64,000 nt of DNA from an uncultured Anaerolineae bacterium (GTDB lineage Bacteria; Chloroflexota; Anaerolineae; VGOG01), in NCBI GenBank assembly GCA_964390805.1, contig CAYMKL010000022.1:5128-69127 (forward strand), read 5' to 3'. The notes under the pieces are model-generated. The model saw only the letters and a list, made by a program, of their open reading frames with translations, was not told the DNA's origin and made no database searches. Numbering within the stretch: position 1 is the first letter of the stretch; the number at the start of each line of letters is the position of its first letter. Below, piece after piece: positions 63,068-64,000 of this stretch. A program made the position numbers and the translations under genes.

Positions 63068-63192
63068 GTATTAGAGGGGGCGGCCCAGCTCATCACCGGT
63101 GCGGCCACGATGCAAAAGTGCGCTTCAAGCTCGACTTCGAGGCGGACGAGGTGATCATTGATTTCCGGGTGACCAGGTTGCGGCTGCTATGA

Positions 63193-63216
63193 GGCAACGG
63201 ATAGGCAGCGGATAAG
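63193..63216. repeat. Solitary GGCAACGGATAGGCAGCGGATAAG unit
   Basis: It is the same unit as in the 17484-17635 and 18133-18216 arrays. Confidence 0.6.
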
Positions 63217-63228
63217 ATCTCCTAAATC

Positions 63229-63420
63229 TTGTCAAATCCCCGTCGGCGCATACCAGCAGATGAACTAGCGAGGGGCTCTATCTGCTTATCTGTTCGCCAG
63301 CTAGGCCGCTTACTTGACAACGTGTACATGCACAAGCGTATTCATTCTTCGCTGGGCTATCTCACCCCAGCCGAGTTTGAAGCCCAATGGCGAGAGAATC
63401 AGGTCCTTGAGTTGAACTAA
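63229..63420 (+). pseudogene. C-terminal remnant of an IS3-family transposase (integrase-core end)
   Basis: ...LLDNVYMHKRIHSSLGYLTPAEFEAQWRENQ matches the conserved end of rve-domain OrfB proteins (..YN..R.HS.LGY..P..FE). No catalytic core is present upstream. Confidence 0.6.
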
Positions 63421-63510
63421 AAACCGTCAAAAAAGTGTCCAATCTCAGGGGGGCAGTTTAGAGGCTCCTTGCTCATTGGGGTGTGTCTGAGACGAGTTGG
63501 GAGGGAGCTT

Positions 63511-64000
63511 ATGAAACACTGGCTATTTGTCCGAATCCTGTTCCGCCGATTTTCCTCTAAACATCTTCGCTTTCTAATCTGGATTTACCTTGTGGCATTG
63601 CTCTTCCTATCTTTCTACTCGAAAGCTTCCACTCAAGTAGGTTTTGTAACTCAAGAAATGCAGCGTCCACTGAGGGCTGACTACCCACCGACTGAAGCTG
63701 AGAATAGCCTTTATTTCCTTATCCCGCCAAGATGGGAAAGCGTAGGTTATATGTTTAAGCTCGAAAATGAGAGCAACTCAGTTGTTGGATTCAGAGTGTA
63801 TGTTGGATCTGTTCTTCAACCTCAAATCGAGCAAACCCTCCTACCTCAAGAAGTCAAATCCATAGATTTGACAGATTCCTGGTTTGAAACACGCCTGATC
63901 AAGATTGAATCCGATAGACCCTTGTATGGGGAGTTCCTCGTTCATACGCCTGACGAAAGAACTCCAAAAGTACCGGCTTTTTCTAGGGGTTTGAAGACGG
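63511..64000 (+). CDS. Hypothetical membrane-anchored protein, 3' end beyond window, low-GC
   Basis: Not in the ORF track because it has no stop. The ATG at 63511 follows GGGAGGGAG. My translation is MKHWLFVRILFRRFSSKHLRFLIWIYLVALLFLSFYSKAST...FRVYVGSVLQPQIEQ...LVHTPDERTPKVPAFSRGLKT, open for 163 codons. Its base composition is visibly AT-richer than the rest of the window. Confidence 0.55.
   Translation, partial: MKHWLFVRILFRRFSSKHLRFLIWIYLVALLFLSFYSKASTQVGFVTQEMQRPLRADYPPTEAENSLYFLIPPRWESVGYMFKLENESNSVVGFRVYVGSVLQPQIEQTLLPQEVKSIDLTDSWFETRLIKIESDRPLYGEFLVHTPDERTPKVPAFSRGLKT

Overview
This is a 64-kb chromosomal window from a GC-rich (about 60%) bacterium. Lipobox solute-binding proteins with long E/K/V tethers, a tandem DUF881 pair, DUF559/GxxExxY/DUF488 genes and GGATAA- and CTCAGGAT-type dispersed repeats suggest a Chloroflexota-like organism, but that is inference only. 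Left to right the window holds: a 3'-truncated rqcH (missing from the ORF track); a CE4 deacetylase; a minus-strand catabolic operon (family-5 SBP, two permeases, OCD-like, amidohydrolase, enolase-superfamily enzyme, second OCD-like); UPF0158 plus a 1212-aa DUF559-TPR-RecQ ORF; a run of small poorly characterised genes (235-aa protein, GxxExxY, two DUF488, nitroreductase); a secreted glycoside hydrolase; a TumE-like module; a Ca2+/H+ antiporter; and an ~11-kb LacI-controlled sugar locus (SBP, AKR, two permeases, G1P-dehydrogenase-like, FGGY kinase, GH42). It continues with a membrane spermidine-synthase-like protein, an epimerase, pmbA-tldD, an FmdB zinc ribbon, two DUF881, lepB, rpiB and deoC with unusual N-terminal extensions, decayed toxin-antitoxin modules, groES-groEL with a perfect CIRCE, dapA-like, lysS, greA, tRNA-Sec, TPR/M28-like/TolB-like proteins, relBE, a VWA + HTH-TPR pair, tRNA-Pro/Gly/Met, an IS3 remnant and a low-GC partial ORF. 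No CRISPR array, rRNA or intact transposase was seen. The most interesting observations are: (1) the sugar locus is bracketed by ~74-nt direct repeats derived from the 3' end of the flanking membrane-protein gene, which looks like an insertion scar; (2) RpiB and DERA carry encapsulation-peptide-like N-terminal helices, and DERA also has a Cys4 motif, yet no microcompartment shell genes are in the window; (3) a DUF559 endonuclease cassette is flanked by structured direct repeats and fused in frame to TPR-RecQ; (4) two MITE-like elements have target-site duplications; (5) an OCD/enolase/amidohydrolase/OCD operon sits with a peptide-type ABC importer that lacks ATPase genes. All homology calls come from reading the translations by eye. 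No database search was run.
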